64,000 nt of DNA from Collinsella sp. (GTDB taxonomy: Bacteria > Actinomycetota > Coriobacteriia > Coriobacteriales > Coriobacteriaceae): positions 8,918 through 72,917 of the forward strand of contig JAHYYO010000002.1 of the NCBI GenBank assembly GCA_019424925.1, given 5' to 3'. Below, piece after piece: positions 1-8,970 of this stretch. How positions within the stretch are numbered: position 1 is the stretch's first letter; every line of letters begins with the position of its first letter. The position numbers were made by a program, and so were the translations under genes. The notes under the pieces are model-generated. The model had not been told where the DNA came from. It was given only the letters and a program-made list of their open reading frames with translations, and searched no databases.

Positions 1-107
1 AAGTCGATCGTCACCGTGTTGGTGATGGAACCGGCCATCGGATTGGTGGCGCGAATCACCTCCACGGCCTTGACCATATGTTGCTTAAGCTGTTCCGAAT
101 CAATCAC
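1..107 (-). CDS. thiM: Hydroxyethylthiazole kinase, N-terminal part (runs off the window)
   Basis: Manual translation from GTG at 107: MIDSEQLKQHMVKAVEVIRATNPMAGSITNTVTID, matching the ThiM N-terminus; GGAGG RBS; lies downstream of a TPP riboswitch. Confidence 0.8.
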   Translation of the reverse strand, partial: MIDSEQLKQHMVKAVEVIRATNPMAGSITNTVTID

Positions 108-129
108 TGCACATGCCTCCTTGGCATAG

Positions 130-160
130 AAAAGGGGCGCTGTGCATAGACAGCGCCCCT
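130..160 (-). terminator. Intrinsic terminator, expression platform of the TPP riboswitch
   Basis: Minus strand AGGGGCGCTGT-ctatgc-ACAGCGCCCCT followed by TTTT, between aptamer and thiM RBS. Confidence 0.75.
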
Positions 161-169
161 GTAAAGTCG

Positions 170-265
170 GCATGCTCCCTACGCCAGCATTAACTGACAG
201 GTTCAAAGGATTGGGCCCCATGCCCTCTCAGCCTTGTGGTTTGCACCGCCGGCACTCCCGCATCG
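170..265 (-). ncRNA. TPP riboswitch
   Basis: Minus strand GGGAGTGC...GGCTGAGAG...CCTTTGAACCTGTCAGTTAATGCTGGCGTAGGGAG carries the canonical THI-box motifs; upstream of thiM. Confidence 0.93.
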
Positions 266-330
266 AATCTGTTGTTCCCTATACTAGCGCATCGGTACAA
301 TTGTTACGATGAAAACGACTGGGGGACCCT

Positions 331-1239
331 ATGATCAAACTTGTGCTGACCGATATGGACGATACGCTGATTCCGGCCGGGCATGACGGCGCCAGCGACT
401 ACGCTATTGAGGGCATTCATGCCATGCAGGCGGCGGGTCTGCACTTTGGCCCGGTTTCGGGTCGCCAGCCGTCCGCGATGGGCTGGATGTTCAAAAATCG
501 TTCCGAGTGCTTTTCGACCGGCGCGTTCTGCAACGGCCAGGTCATGTTTGTCGACGGTCAGGCGGTCGCTTCGCGCGCGACCGACAACGATGCCCTGATG
601 CGTCTGGCAGACTACCTGGAGCAAGAGACCGACGATACGTACTTGAAGGTCTACAGCCTGGGTGATGACTTTTGGAATAACGATGCCTATTGCGTGACGA
701 GCGATCCCGAGCGCGTTCGTCGCGCCATGGAGTCGGGCGGCAATGCGTGGCTCAAAGGCGAAGAGGCCCCGTGTCGTCCCATCGTCGATGACGCGCCGGT
801 GTTTAAGGCGAATATCTGGAGTGCCCGTTCGCGTGAGGAGCTCGCGGAGCTACGCGAGAGCGTTGCCGTTGAGGTGCCGGAACTCTCGCTTGTGTTTCCC
901 AACAACCGAGTGCGCCTGTTCGACATCCTTCCGGACGGTTGGGACAAGGGCTGCGCTGCGCTGGAGCTGGCGCGCGCTTTGGGCCTGACGCCCGACGAGG
1001 TGGCCGTATTTGGCGATTCCGATAACGATCTGCCCATGATTGATGCCGTTCCCAACTCCGTTGCAGTCGCCAATGCCAACGAGGCCGTCACGGCTGCCGC
1101 GCGCTGGCATATCGGCGCCGCGGCAGATGATGCGGTCGCCGGGGCTCTGCATCAGATTGCTGCCTGCGCCGCGACGGGGGAGATGCCGCCGTTTATGCGC
1201 CTGCCGGGTACTGCCGACGCGAATCTCACGAACAGCTAA
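331..1239 (+). CDS. Cof-type HAD-superfamily hydrolase
   Basis: N-terminal DMDDT motif I, SGR motif II, K...FGDSDND motifs III/IV. Confidence 0.88.
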   Translation: MIKLVLTDMDDTLIPAGHDGASDYAIEGIHAMQAAGLHFGPVSGRQPSAMGWMFKNRSECFSTGAFCNGQVMFVDGQAVASRATDNDALMRLADYLEQETDDTYLKVYSLGDDFWNNDAYCVTSDPERVRRAMESGGNAWLKGEEAPCRPIVDDAPVFKANIWSARSREELAELRESVAVEVPELSLVFPNNRVRLFDILPDGWDKGCAALELARALGLTPDEVAVFGDSDNDLPMIDAVPNSVAVANANEAVTAAARWHIGAAADDAVAGALHQIAACAATGEMPPFMRLPGTADANLTNS

Positions 1240-1249
1240 GGAGACAGCC

Positions 1250-2146
1250 ATGAAGCTTCAGCAGCTCAGGTATGTCGTCAAAGTTGCCGAATGCGGCAGC
1301 ATCACCGAGGCCTCGCGCCGGCTCTTTGTGTCGCAGCCTTCGATTACCGCGTCAATTCGCGATCTCGAAAACGAGATGGGTGTGCACATCTTTGAGCGCA
1401 CCAACAAGGGCGTCATTGTGTCCGAGGAAGGCGAGACTTTTTTGGGCTACGCGCGCCAGGTGCTCGACCAGGCTGACCTTCTCGAGGGCAAGTACAAGGG
1501 CGCATCCGAGCAGGTGCCGCACTTTAGTGTGAGCTGCCAACATTATTCCTTCGCCGTTAATGCGTTTGTCGACGTGATCCGCGAGTTCGATGCCGCGCGC
1601 TACGACTTTACCCTGCGCGAGGAGCAGACCCACGAGATTATCGAGGACGTCGCGCATATGAAAAGCGAACTCGGCATCCTGTACCTGTCCGAGCACAATC
1701 GCGAGGTCATCGAGCGCATGCTGGCGGCCAACGAGCTCGTGTTCGAAGGGCTCTTCTGCGCCACGCCGCATGTCTTCGTGTGCGCCGACCATCCACTGGC
1801 GGACCGCGCCAGCGTGACGCTCGAAGATCTCGAGGACTATCCGTTTTTGTCCTACGAGCAGGGCAGCTACAACTCGTTTTACTATTCCGAGGAACTGACC
1901 TCGACCTTTGAGCGCCGCAAGAATATCCGCGTGCGCGACCGTGCGACGTTGTTCAATCTGGCCATGGGCCTTAACGGCTACACGGTGTGTTCGGGCGTGA
2001 TCAGCCATGAACTTAACGGCCCCGGTATTATCTCGATTCCGCTCGATGTAGACGAGTACATGGAGATTGGCATTATCACGCGCAAGAACACGACACTTAC
2101 GCGCTACGGGCAGGCCTATATCGACGCGATTCGTCAGCACATCTAG
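1250..2146 (+). CDS. LysR-family regulator (MtaR/MetR-like)
   Basis: MKLQQLRYVVKVAECGSITEASRRLFVSQPS HTH; AAGGAG RBS before ATG 1250; next to a methionine synthase gene. Confidence 0.9.
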   Translation: MKLQQLRYVVKVAECGSITEASRRLFVSQPSITASIRDLENEMGVHIFERTNKGVIVSEEGETFLGYARQVLDQADLLEGKYKGASEQVPHFSVSCQHYSFAVNAFVDVIREFDAARYDFTLREEQTHEIIEDVAHMKSELGILYLSEHNREVIERMLAANELVFEGLFCATPHVFVCADHPLADRASVTLEDLEDYPFLSYEQGSYNSFYYSEELTSTFERRKNIRVRDRATLFNLAMGLNGYTVCSGVISHELNGPGIISIPLDVDEYMEIGIITRKNTTLTRYGQAYIDAIRQHI

Positions 2147-2192
2147 ACTGCTGCGTCCTGTACAGGTCAAATCTCTTTATGGCAGTCCCAAC

Positions 2193-2215
2193 TGATATAG
2201 GAAGCATCTATATCA
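2193..2215. promoter_or_regulatory. Palindromic LysR box (TATAG-N7-CTATA, MtaR/MetR type)
   Basis: TGATATAG-gaagcat-CTATATCA perfect 8-bp inverted repeat about 90 bp upstream of the MetE-II gene. Confidence 0.7.
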
Positions 2216-2301
2216 AACTGTTATAAACATATATTTTACGATGGCCATATGAGCGCTCATACTCTGTCCCAGTAAAGCAACCAATGCAAAGGGAGATATC
2301 T

Positions 2302-3435
2302 ATGAGCACTTCGATTCAACCGAACGCGCCGTTTCGCGCCGATATCGTCGGCAGCTTTCTTCGTCCGCAGGCTGTAAAGGACGCCCGTGCCGCCTATGTC
2401 GCGGGTAAACTCGACGCTTCCGGCCTTAAGGCCGTCGAGGACGAGGCCATCCACGACTTAGTGGCCAAGCAGAAGGCTGCCGGCCTGCAGGTTATCACCG
2501 ATGGCGAGTTCCGCCGCAGCTACTGGCACCTCGACTTTATGTGGGGGCTCAACGGCATTGTACGCCGTACCTCGCGTACGGGCTATATGTTCCACGACGA
2601 GGAGACTACGGCTGATACCGCCGTGGTGACCGGCCCTATCAGCGGCGAGAATCACCCCTTCGTCGAGCACTTCAAGTTTGTTAAGGCGCTCGAGGGCGAG
2701 GGCCAGGTCGCGCGCCAAACCATTCCAGCACCGATCCAGACGTTCTCTGAGGTCACGCTCGATCGCTGCGACGGCCAGCAGGAGAGCCTGCGCGCTGTCT
2801 ATAAGACCGATGAGGAGCTTGCCGATGCCATTGCAGCCGCTTATCGCACGGTGATCGCCGACCTGTACGCAGCAGGCTGCCGCAACATCCAGTTTGATGA
2901 CTGCACCTGGGGCATCTACTGCGATACCGATTTTGTCGCCAAAACCGGCATGAGCCCGGTCGACCTGCAAAAGGTAAGCGAGCTGGGCGTGGCGCTCAAC
3001 AACGCCGCCATCGAGGGCAAGCCCGACGACCTGGTCATTAACACGCACGTGTGCCGTGGTAACTACCACTCTACCTATGCCTTCGAGGGCGGCTATGACC
3101 CCATCGCGCCGTACCTGTTCGCACGCGAGGATGTCGACGCATTTTACCTGGAGTTCGATACGCCGCGCGCCGGTGGCTTTGAGCCGCTCAAGTACGTTGC
3201 TCCCGGCAAGAAGGTCGTGTTGGGCCTGGTGACCACCAAGGCCGCTGAGCTTGAGGACGAGGATGCCATCGTCGAGCGTATTCACGAGGCTGCAAAGTAT
3301 GTTCCGCTCGAGAACCTGTATCTGTCGCCCCAGTGCGGCTTTGCCAGCTGCGAGATTGGCAACAAGCTGACCGAGGACGAGCAATGGGCGAAGATCGCGC
3401 TGGTCAAGCGTATTGCCGAGCGTGTCTGGAAGTAG
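2302..3435 (+). CDS. Cobalamin-independent methionine synthase II (YxjH-like, catalytic domain only)
   Basis: ADIVGSFLRP, TDGEFRR, Zn ligands HVCRGN, LEFD and SPQCGFAS. Confidence 0.88.
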   Translation: MSTSIQPNAPFRADIVGSFLRPQAVKDARAAYVAGKLDASGLKAVEDEAIHDLVAKQKAAGLQVITDGEFRRSYWHLDFMWGLNGIVRRTSRTGYMFHDEETTADTAVVTGPISGENHPFVEHFKFVKALEGEGQVARQTIPAPIQTFSEVTLDRCDGQQESLRAVYKTDEELADAIAAAYRTVIADLYAAGCRNIQFDDCTWGIYCDTDFVAKTGMSPVDLQKVSELGVALNNAAIEGKPDDLVINTHVCRGNYHSTYAFEGGYDPIAPYLFAREDVDAFYLEFDTPRAGGFEPLKYVAPGKKVVLGLVTTKAAELEDEDAIVERIHEAAKYVPLENLYLSPQCGFASCEIGNKLTEDEQWAKIALVKRIAERVWK

Positions 3436-3557
3436 CAGTAGCGTTCGCAGGTGACGGCGCGTGCGAGACATGGCGTATCGCGTACAATGGTTCGGATCGT
3501 ATCGTTCGGGCAGGTTATCCGATATGCCCGATCGCCCTTCCATTCGAAAGGACTCAC

Positions 3558-4892
3558 ATGTCCCAGCCTTCGACGCCCGTTGCCGCCGATGCCATCTACG
3601 ACGCATCGTCGCTCGGCCGCCCGCGCATGTTCCTGCTCGGCCTACAGCACCTGTTTGCCATGTTTGGCGCCACCGTGCTGGTGCCCGTGCTCACCGGCCT
3701 CTCGGTATCGGCGACGCTTTTGTTTGCCGGCTTGGGCACGCTGCTGTTCCACTTCCTGTCGCGCGGTAAGGTGCCGGCATTTCTGGGCTCATCGTTTGCC
3801 TTTATTGCCGGTTATGCCGCCATCGCGCCCAACGGCGAGACCGAGCTTTTGCCCTACGCCTGCCTGGGCGTTGCCTGCGCCGGTCTGCTCTATCCGGTGC
3901 TGGCAGCGCTGTTCCGTGCCTTTGGCGCCAAGCGTGTCATGCGCTTCTTTCCGCCGGTGGTGACCGGCCCCATCGTCATTTCCATCGGTCTGATCTTGGC
4001 AAGCTCTGCTATCGCCAACTGCCAGACCAACTGGCTTGTTGCCGTTGTCGCTGTGGCAGTGATCGTCATCTGCAACATTTGGGGTCGCGGCATGGTCAAG
4101 ATCGTGCCGATTCTGCTGGGCGTTGTGGTGAGCTATGCCGTTGCCGCCACGCTCGGCGAGGTTGATTTTTCGGGCGTTGCCGCCGCTCCGTGGGTCGGTC
4201 TGCCCATCGTGTGGGACAACACCGTGTTTGCGCTCTTTGGCCCGCAGTTCGATAGCGGTCTTGCCACGACGGCTATCATCACCATCATGCCGCTGGCCTT
4301 TGCGACCATGATTGAGCACATTGGCGATATCTCCGCCATTGGCTCCACTTGCGAGCGTAACTACATCGCCGATCCTGGTCTGCATCGCACGTTGCTCGGC
4401 GACGGCTTTGCCACGATTCTGGCTTCGCTCTTTGGCGCCCCCGCCAATACGACGTATGGCGAGAACACCGGCGTGCTTGCGCTTACGCGCGTGTTCGACC
4501 CACGCGTTTTTCGCATTGCCGCGAGCTGTGCCATTGTCCTCTCGTTCTGCCCCAAGTTCGCTGCGGTCATCGCAGCCATGCCGGCGTGCGTTATCGGCGG
4601 TGTGTCGCTCGTGCTCTACGGCATGATCAGCGCCGTTGGCGTTCGCAACCTTATCGAAAACCAGGTCGATTTCCAGAACAACCGCAATGTGCTGGTTGCG
4701 GCTCTGGTGCTCGTGCTTTCGCTCGGCATTGCCTACAGTACCGCCGGTGCCATCGTGCTGGAGCTGGGCGGCGTGACGATTTCGCTTTCGGGCCTTGCCG
4801 TGGGCTCGCTGGTGGGCATTGTGCTCAACGCCATCCTGCCCGGTAATGACTTTGAGTTTGATACTTCCGAGCTTGAGGAGACTGCTGAATAG
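3558..4892 (+). CDS. NCS2 uracil/xanthine permease (UraA/PyrP-like)
   Basis: LQHLFAMFGAT, FLGSSFAF and TTYGENTGV NAT signature; AAAGGA RBS before ATG 3558. Confidence 0.88.
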   Translation: MSQPSTPVAADAIYDASSLGRPRMFLLGLQHLFAMFGATVLVPVLTGLSVSATLLFAGLGTLLFHFLSRGKVPAFLGSSFAFIAGYAAIAPNGETELLPYACLGVACAGLLYPVLAALFRAFGAKRVMRFFPPVVTGPIVISIGLILASSAIANCQTNWLVAVVAVAVIVICNIWGRGMVKIVPILLGVVVSYAVAATLGEVDFSGVAAAPWVGLPIVWDNTVFALFGPQFDSGLATTAIITIMPLAFATMIEHIGDISAIGSTCERNYIADPGLHRTLLGDGFATILASLFGAPANTTYGENTGVLALTRVFDPRVFRIAASCAIVLSFCPKFAAVIAAMPACVIGGVSLVLYGMISAVGVRNLIENQVDFQNNRNVLVAALVLVLSLGIAYSTAGAIVLELGGVTISLSGLAVGSLVGIVLNAILPGNDFEFDTSELEETAE

Positions 4893-4909
4893 TAGCTGCG
4901 TTCAGCCAA

Positions 4910-4957
4910 ATTAAAAATGGCGTCCATGCGTATGTACGCGTGGACGCCATTTTTAAT
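4910..4957. terminator. Bidirectional terminator
   Basis: TTAAAAATGGCGTCCA...TGGACGCCATTTTTAA hairpin between convergent genes. Confidence 0.7.
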
Positions 4958-5618
4958 GCGTCAGTATCCAGTGGATGCCGCGCGCCATGCGCAGGTCAGT
5001 TTGGGCAAAGTGGTTGCCGGGGTTGAGCTCCAGCGTTGTTGGAATGTCACGCTCGATAAACAGCTCTTCCATCGCGCACGTATCGTCGAGTACGTGCCGC
5101 ATCATGCGGTTGGGCGTCTTGGTTTCCTTTTTACCGAGCGACAGATAGGCGGCGTCGGGCGTAGCTGTCATCGTGCGCTCGCGCGCGTAGTCGATAAAGC
5201 CGGGGAACCACAGCGACCCCGATGCACTCGCTGCGCGCTCAAAGACATCTGTTTGCCAAAGTGCCCACAGTGCAAAAAGACCCGCCAACGAGTAGCCGGC
5301 AACGCCGCGCCAGGCGGGCGGTTGCGGGAGCGATGATTCGGCCTGGGGGATTATCTGCTTCAACAACTCGTCAAGAAAACCAGCAGCCTGTCCACCAAAG
5401 GGCTTGGCATCTCGTATAGTTCCCTCACATTCCCAGGGGCTCAGCTCGCGATTCCAATCGAGCCCTCCAATGGCGACAAGGGTGAATGGCGGGCAGTCGA
5501 GCTCTTGGCAGCGCTCGTAGACTTCACTACCGTCGCCCATAACCACGGGGAGGTAGATGACGGGCGCGCCTTCCACACACTCTGAATAAACGGTTATCTG
5601 CTTATGATGCGCTTCCAA
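4953..5618 (-). CDS. Alpha/beta hydrolase (putative esterase)
   Basis: GYSLAG nucleophile elbow, SGSLWF, GNH; start uncertain (TTG at 5618 chosen, ORF open to 5666). Confidence 0.75.
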   Translation of the reverse strand: MEAHHKQITVYSECVEGAPVIYLPVVMGDGSEVYERCQELDCPPFTLVAIGGLDWNRELSPWECEGTIRDAKPFGGQAAGFLDELLKQIIPQAESSLPQPPAWRGVAGYSLAGLFALWALWQTDVFERAASASGSLWFPGFIDYARERTMTATPDAAYLSLGKKETKTPNRMMRHVLDDTCAMEELFIERDIPTTLELNPGNHFAQTDLRMARGIHWILTH

Positions 5619-5755
5619 GGCAGGCTTCTCTCGGTGTTGTGATATTGACAGCCTCAATTGTCGCACGCTGGCACGGGGGCAGACGCTAAAAGAAAGGCGC
5701 GGAGCCGTTCGATGCGACTCCGCGCCTTGTTGTTTTGCTTTAGCAGGCTATGCTG

Positions 5756-7066
5756 TTACGCCACGAAGAAGTAGACGAGGAAGGCAAGGGCTGCAATCCA
5801 CATGAGCGGCTTGATCTTGGAGGCCTCGCCCTTAAAGAGCGCGACGATCACGTAGGCGATAAAGCCCAGGCCAATGCCGGCAGAGATGGAGTAGGTGAAG
5901 GGCACGCCGGCGACAATCATGAACGCCGGGAAACCCTGCGACACGTCGGACCAGTCGATCTCGGAGGCCTCGCTCATCATGAGGTAGCCAACGTAGACCA
6001 GAGCACCGCAGGTGGCGGCGCTGGAAACGATGGTGACGATGGGGGAGAAGAACGCGGCGAGAATGAACAGCACGCCGGTGGTGACGGAGGTGAGGCCCGT
6101 GCGGCCACCGTCGGCGGCGCCGGAAGTGGACTCGACGAAGGTGGTGATGGAGGAGACGCCCATGAAACCGCCCACAGCAGCGGCGGCGGAGTCGACGATC
6201 AGGATCTCCTTGATATTCTCGACGTTGCCGTCGTCGGTGAGGAACTCGCCCTGCTTGGCCACGGCCATCGCGGTGCCCATGGTGTCGAAGAAGTCACTCA
6301 TGAGCAGCGAGAACGAGATGACGAGGAGCGCGGGGTCGGTAAGGACCTTGACGATGGCGGGCACGCCGCCGGCGTCGGCGATGGGGCCACCGATGCTCGA
6401 GAAGTCGAGCGGGGCGATGATACCAGTCGGAGCATGGGTCACACCTAGGGGGATACCGGCGATGACGGCGACGACGATGCCGATGAGCAACGAGCCGGGG
6501 ACGTTGCGGCAGGCGAGGGCGACCGTCACCAGGATGGAGATAATGCCGACGATGAAGGTGGGGGAGGTGATGTCGCCCAGACCGACGAGTGTACCGGCGC
6601 CAGCGGTGATAATGCCGGCATCGCACAGGCCAATCATGGCGATGAACAGGCCCAGACCCACCGAGATGGCGTGACGCAGGACAACCGGGATGGCGTCCAT
6701 GATGGCCTCGCGCAGGCCACAAAGCACGAGCAGCAAGATGACGACGCCCTCAAGGAAGATGACGCTCATGGCCACGTGCCAGTCACCGCCGCAGACGGTG
6801 GTGGTGATTCCAGCGATCATCGCGTTGACGCCTAAGCCCGACGCGCAGGCGAGCGGGCGGTTGGCGAAGATGCCCATGCAGATGGTCATGATGCCAGCGC
6901 CCAGGCAGGTGGCGCAGGCGAGCGCTCCCGCATCGATGCCCGCGCCCGAGAGCACCGCGGGGTTGACGGCGATGATGTAGGCCATCGCCAGGAATGTTGT
7001 CAGTCCAGCGCGAAGTTCGGTCCCGATTGTGGACTTGCGCTCGCTGACGTGAAACAGTTCGTCCAT
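5756..7066 (-). CDS. NCS2/AzgA-type guanine-hypoxanthine permease
   Basis: ELRAGLTTFLAMAYII, DFFDTMGT and FVESTSGAADGGRTGLT motifs; AGGAAAGG RBS. Confidence 0.88.
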   Translation of the reverse strand: MDELFHVSERKSTIGTELRAGLTTFLAMAYIIAVNPAVLSGAGIDAGALACATCLGAGIMTICMGIFANRPLACASGLGVNAMIAGITTTVCGGDWHVAMSVIFLEGVVILLLVLCGLREAIMDAIPVVLRHAISVGLGLFIAMIGLCDAGIITAGAGTLVGLGDITSPTFIVGIISILVTVALACRNVPGSLLIGIVVAVIAGIPLGVTHAPTGIIAPLDFSSIGGPIADAGGVPAIVKVLTDPALLVISFSLLMSDFFDTMGTAMAVAKQGEFLTDDGNVENIKEILIVDSAAAAVGGFMGVSSITTFVESTSGAADGGRTGLTSVTTGVLFILAAFFSPIVTIVSSAATCGALVYVGYLMMSEASEIDWSDVSQGFPAFMIVAGVPFTYSISAGIGLGFIAYVIVALFKGEASKIKPLMWIAALAFLVYFFVA

Positions 7067-7259
7067 GCATACCCTTTCCTTGTTCGGCCCCGAGTTTAGG
7101 CCGATTGACACGAACTCACTTACTATATCGTCTTTACAACCTTGCTGTTCCTCGCATGTTGATGTTCGGCGCTTTGTAACAGACGGACGGTATTTATCGC
7201 ATGAAAATGTGTGGGTACCGTATACTTAAGCGGTTACAACGACCCCTATGGAGGAACGT

Positions 7260-7679
7260 ATGATTAAAGAGCTTTGCCACGACGAGGCTATCCTGTCCCA
7301 GCGTTGCGAGGTTGCGACCGTCGAGGACGAGTCGGTTGCTCAGGACCTGATCGATACCATCGAGTCGCTCGACGATGCCGGCTGCCTTGCCGCTAACCAG
7401 ATTGGCGTTACCAAGAAGGTCTGCGTCTACCTGGACGACGCCGGCGAGCCCCACGTGCTCTACAACCCCCGTCTGGTGTTTGGCCTGGGCGCCAGCAAGA
7501 TGGAGGAGAGCTGCCTGACGCACGAGGAGGTCACCAAGTCCACGCGCTATATCAAGTGCAAGGTTGCCTTTGACCAGATCGTCGATGGCAAGATGAAGGA
7601 ATGCCGCCGCGACTACGCGGGCTTTGAGGCACAGATGATCCAGCATATGATCGATCACTGTCTTGGAAAGTTGGTCTAA
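7260..7679 (+). CDS. Peptide deformylase-like protein, degenerate active site
   Basis: AGCLAANQ, ESCLT and QHMIDH (HExxH Glu replaced by Met); GGAGGA RBS. Confidence 0.75.
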   Translation: MIKELCHDEAILSQRCEVATVEDESVAQDLIDTIESLDDAGCLAANQIGVTKKVCVYLDDAGEPHVLYNPRLVFGLGASKMEESCLTHEEVTKSTRYIKCKVAFDQIVDGKMKECRRDYAGFEAQMIQHMIDHCLGKLV

Positions 7680-7782
7680 GGGGACCAAAGCACCGCACCT
7701 TGCCGCTCAATCGTCGCTCGCGTACCTTAAGTACGCTTCGCTCCTCTTTCGTGGCAATCTGCGGCACTTTGACCCCTTAGAC
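7674..7782. repeat. Long nested palindromic (rod-like) element
   Basis: GTCTAAGGGG...CCCCTTAGAC outer arms; inner GCACCTTGC/GCAATCTGC and GCGTAC-cttaa-GTACGC. Confidence 0.7.
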
Positions 7783-7821
7783 GACCTGCGGGGTTGACTT
7801 GGTTGGGTCTATCTTGCTTGT

Positions 7822-7860
7822 AAAGTCCGGGCGTGACATTGTTGTCATGTCCGGGCTTTT
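7822..7860 (+). terminator. Intrinsic terminator
   Basis: AAAGTCCGGGCGTGACA...TGTCATGTCCGGGCTTTT hairpin with U tract. Confidence 0.65.
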
Positions 7861-7923
7861 GTGTTTAGCGCCTTTTTGTTTGGTGACAATAACCTTAGCA
7901 GGAACGTAAAGCTAGGAGGCGCT

Positions 7924-8889
7924 ATGTGCACGAGCATTCGATTTACCGATAATTCTGGCCACATGTATCTAGGCCGCAACCTCGACTGGAGCTTTGACTA
8001 CGGACAACAGGTTCGCGTGATGCCGCGCGGGTTCCACATCCCGTATTCGTTTATCGACGATGCGTCGGCGGCACACGCGGTAATCGGCATGTGCATCGAT
8101 TACAAGAACTACCCTATGTTCTTCGACTGCGGCAACGATGCGGGCCTCGCCGTGGCGGGTCTCAATTTCCCGGGTTATGCCGAGTATGCCGAGGACCCTG
8201 TCGACGGCAAGACCAATATCGCAGCCTATGAGTTTCCCCTGTGGGTGGCAGCGACGTTTTCGACGGTCGACGAGGTCGAGGCCGCGCTGTGCGACACGGT
8301 GATTGTCGCCAAATCTGCCGGAGAGGGGCTGGGCGTGTCGCTGCTTCATTGGATTATCGGCGACAGCAAGCGTAGCATCGTGGTCGAGATGATGGCTGAC
8401 GGCCTGCATGTATACGACGATCCGGTCGACACCCTTGCCAATCAGCCTACCTTCCCGTGGCACATGGAAAACCTGCGCACCTATATCACGGCCACAAGCG
8501 ATTTTCCGCAGACGGCGACATGGCGTGGCGCCGAGCTCAAGCCCTATGGCGCGGGTGCCGGCATGCGCGGTATTCCGGGTGACTGCTATTCGCCGAGCCG
8601 TTTTGTAAAGGCGGCGTACCTCAATGCCAATTACCCGCAAAAGGAGAGCGAGACCGAAAACGTCGTCCGCATGTTCCGTTCACTCGAGGGCGTGGTGATG
8701 ATCGAGGGAGCGTCCAGGATGGGCGATGGCAAGTTCGAGAAGACTATCTACACCGGATGCTTTAGCGCGCGCACGGGCAATTATTACTACGCGATGTATG
8801 GGGATCCGTCGATTCGCTACGTGAGCCTGATGGATGCCGAGGGCGCGAGCCCCGATAGGCTCGTGGTTCCCGAGCCGCGCCGTTCGTAG
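7924..8889 (+). CDS. bsh: Choloylglycine hydrolase / bile salt hydrolase (Ntn hydrolase)
   Basis: N-terminal MCTS nucleophile Cys, GRNLDWSF, LANQP, PGD..SPSRF; AGGAGG RBS. Confidence 0.88.
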   Translation: MCTSIRFTDNSGHMYLGRNLDWSFDYGQQVRVMPRGFHIPYSFIDDASAAHAVIGMCIDYKNYPMFFDCGNDAGLAVAGLNFPGYAEYAEDPVDGKTNIAAYEFPLWVAATFSTVDEVEAALCDTVIVAKSAGEGLGVSLLHWIIGDSKRSIVVEMMADGLHVYDDPVDTLANQPTFPWHMENLRTYITATSDFPQTATWRGAELKPYGAGAGMRGIPGDCYSPSRFVKAAYLNANYPQKESETENVVRMFRSLEGVVMIEGASRMGDGKFEKTIYTGCFSARTGNYYYAMYGDPSIRYVSLMDAEGASPDRLVVPEPRRS

Positions 8890-8970
8890 CTCACTGGTTC
8901 GTTGCGACATAAAACGGCCTCGCACCTCTTATGAGATGCGAGGCCGTTGTCGCCAATGGCTGGTGGCGTG

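Noticed and set aside
1040..1249. N-terminal extensions in the ORF track (LysR 1040, permease 3333, XRE 33091, purL 60941, helicase 40381)
   Set aside because: Downstream starts have good RBSs and coincide with domain boundaries.
3490..3545. PyrR attenuator upstream of the uracil permease
   Set aside because: A hairpin is present, but there is no PyrR-binding consensus or U-tract terminator.
7067..7250. Purine riboswitch upstream of the AzgA-type permease
   Set aside because: No recognisable aptamer core.
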